64,000 nt of DNA from Mobula hypostoma (Eukaryota): NCBI RefSeq assembly GCF_963921235.1, contig NC_086098.1, positions 7,502,001 through 7,566,000 on the forward strand, given 5' to 3'. This document shows positions 61,360 to 64,000 of this stretch, one piece after another. The translations under genes and the position numbers were made by a program. The notes below the pieces were generated by a model. It was not told the origin of the DNA, searched no databases, and saw nothing but the letters and a program-made list of their open reading frames with translations. How positions within the stretch are numbered: position 1 is the first letter of the stretch; each line of letters opens with the position of its first letter.

Positions 61360-64000
61360 CCGCCCCGTAGCAAAGCGCAGAGTTCTACTCTCCAGGGTCA
61401 GTCCACGGGTCTATTCGCTGATCAGAGACCAGCCGAACTACGACGGCGCGATGATCGCACTCAAAAGACAATACCTGCGGCCGATAAACAGCGTCTATGC
61501 TCGGCATCGCTTAGCGACACGGCAACAACGGTCCGGGGAATCGAGTGCTGAGTTTGTCCGGGCCCTACAGACACTCGTGCGGGCCTGCAATTGCCAGGAG
61601 CTGACGGTGGCGCAGCATGCAGAACTCCTAGTGAGAGACGCCTTCGTTACGGGGACCAGGTCAGTGTACGTGCGCCAGCGGCTGCTGGAAAAAGCTGATC
61701 TTACCCTAAGTTCGGCGATCAAGCTGGCTGATACGTTGGAGGCCGCTCTGCATAACTCCGAGGCTCTCCAGGCATGCGATCCCCCGATGGCCTCGTGGGC
61801 GCCGCAGACCCCGCAACCCGCCAGCGAATCGGCCTCGGCTGCAGCCAGTCGTGAGTCCGCGAAGTGCTACTTCTGCGGACTGGAGAAGCACCCCCGGAAA
61901 CGCTGCCCGGCCTGACAAGCTACCTGTTCCAGCTGCGGAAAGAAGGGCCACTTCGCCAAGGTCTGTAAGTCAAAACCGCGAGCGGGATCGAGCAGCGCTG
62001 TGTGCGAGATGTGGGGGTCGCCATCTTCCCTGCACAATGCCACCACGTGTGAGACATGGGGGTCGCCATCTTGCCTGCCGCCATCTTCCCTGCACGCCAC
62101 CACCACGTGCGAGACATGGGGGCGGCCATCTTGGTCGGCGCCACCTCCCACCGCCTACGACCAATGGGTGCTCACGGGGCACCCCACCACGCCGGATCAA
62201 GACAGCGACCCCACCCTGGCTTCCGTGACCCTCGACCAAAGCGCTCCCCACCAGCTCGCAAGGTCAATGATGGACATCCTGGTGGAGGGGCACAGGACAA
62301 GCTGCCTGTTTGACACAGGCAGCACGGAGAGTTTTATCCACCCAGCCACGGTGCAGCATTGTGGACTCATGATACGGCCGGTAAGTCAGAGGGTCACCAT
62401 GGCCTCCAGGTCGCATACAACAGACATCCGGGGGGGGGGGGGTTGTGTAGCGACACAAGTGGTGCAGGGCACAGAATATCGGGACTTCATGTTACTGGTC
62501 TTGCATCAACTGTGTGCCCCTGTGCTGATGGGGTTGGACTTCCAGAGCCACCTGAAAAGCATGACAATGAAGTATGATGGGCCCCTCCTGCCAATTACTG
62601 TCATAAATCCCCTGTTTTGTAGAGATATGTCACGTACCCCACTACTGACCACACACACACCGACCCGCGCATCCCACCCAACATCATGCCAACTGCCACA
62701 CTACCAACACCACTTGCGGCCTCTCCACCCTCAGGATCCCTCCCTCACCACTATTCGCCAACCTGACCCCCGACTGTAAACCTGTGGCAACTAAAAGCAG
62801 AAGGTACAGCGTGGGGGACCGAGCTTTCATTAAGTCGGAGGTGCAGCGGCTGCTCAGGGAGGGGGTCACTGAGGCTAGCACAAGTCCTTGGAGGGCGCAG
62901 GTGGTGGTTGTTCAGAGCGGGGAGAAGAATAGGATGGCCGTGGACTATAGCCAGATCATCAATAGGTTCACGCAGCTTGACACGTACCCTCTACCCCACA
63001 TCGCGGATATGGTCAATCAGATAGCACAGTACAAGGTGTACTCGCCCATAGTCCTAAAATCCGCTTACCATCAGCTCCCCATCCGCCGGGAGGACCGCCC
63101 TTACACTGCCTTCGAGGCGGACGGCAGGCTTTATCAATTCCTGCGCGTCCTCTTTGGTGTCACTAATGGTGTATCTGTCTTCCAGAGGGCAATGGACCAG
63201 ATGGTGGACCAGTGCCAACTGAAGGCCACGTTCCCATATCTGGATAACATCACCATCTGCGGTCACGACCAGCAGGATCACGACAACAACCTCCAAAAAT
63301 TTCTCCAAGCAGCCAAATCCTGCACCTATTTTCTATGTTTCTATAACAAGGACAAGTGTGTATTTGGGACCACCCGACTTGCTATCCTTGGGTGTGTCGT
63401 GGAGAATGGAGTCATTGGCCCTGACCCCGACCGTATGCGCCCCCTGTTGGAACTCCCTCTTCCCAATACCCTCAGAGCCCTCAAAAGGTGCCTGGGCTTC
63501 TTTTCATATTACGCCCAATGGGTCTCTAACTATGCAGACAAGGCCCGCCCCCTGGTCAAGTCCACCACATTCCCCCTCTCTGCCGAGGCCCACGCAGCCT
63601 TCAACTGCATAAAAGGGGACATTGCCAAAGCAACAATGCATGCGGTGGATGAAGCCATTCTCTTCCAAGTGGAGAGTAACGCCTCCGACTTTGCGCTGGC
63701 TGCTACCCTCAACCAGGCAGGAAGACCAGTGGCGTTCTTCTCCCATACCCTTCAAGGCCCTGAAATTTGGCACTCTGCGGTAGAGAAAGAGGCCCAGGCC
63801 ATAGTGGAAGCTATAAGGCACTGGAGGCACTATCTTGCCGGCAAAAGGTTCACCCTGCTAACTGACCAGCGCTCAGTCGCATTCATGTTTAATAATCAGC
63901 AGCGGAGCAAAATCAAAAATGATAAAATTCTGAGGTGGAGAATCGAACTCTCCACCTACAACTATGACATCATGTACAGGCCTGGGAAGCTCAATGAGCC
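61360..64000 (+). pseudogene. Mag-like Gypsy gag-pol (Gag with two Zn knuckles, protease, RT, RNase H), disrupted, runs off the window
   Basis: ARHRLATRQQRSGES..VRDAFVTG..RQRLLE; CYFCGLEKHPRKRC and CSSCGKKGHFAKVC; LFDTGS; SPWRAQVVVV, DYSQIIN, FPYLDN; RNase H SNASD..EKEAQAIVEA..LTDQRS; stop at 61913 and several frameshifts. Confidence 0.9.

Noticed and set aside
1..64000. CRISPR array, operon or prokaryotic defence system
   Set aside because: No regularly spaced repeat-spacer structure and no dense gene packing; the content is vertebrate transposon debris, and the many short ORFs are antisense or out-of-frame shadows.

Overview
Eukaryotic, repeat-saturated intronic or intergenic DNA. The mix of CR1 LINEs, V-SINE/HE1-like SINEs, Penelope-like elements, RTE LINEs and Rex/Babar-type LINEs suggests a cartilaginous fish, probably a ray or shark (inference). 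I recognise no intact host gene, RNA gene or prokaryotic feature; nearly all listed ORFs are broken transposon frames or their antisense shadows. Main elements: (1) a Gmr1-like Gypsy LTR element with SCAN-like Gag and PR-IN-RT-RH domain order (2485-7752); (2) an R4/Dong-type LINE with a restriction-like endonuclease (12470-13910); (3) a minus-strand Gypsy element with 3' LTR and PPT (21514-25850); (4) a four-level nest RTE > hAT > CR1 > hammerhead-bearing Penelope fragment (29960-37205); (5) several Penelope-like insertions with inverted pseudo-LTRs and minimal hammerhead motifs, two with 13-bp TSDs; (6) a Mag-like Gypsy element (61102-end) with a YLDN RT motif and, instead of a tRNA primer site, a 16-nt perfect complement of its own LTR poly(A)-signal region. 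A weak exon plus micro-exon candidate lies at 8648-8837. Boundaries without a quoted junction are approximate.
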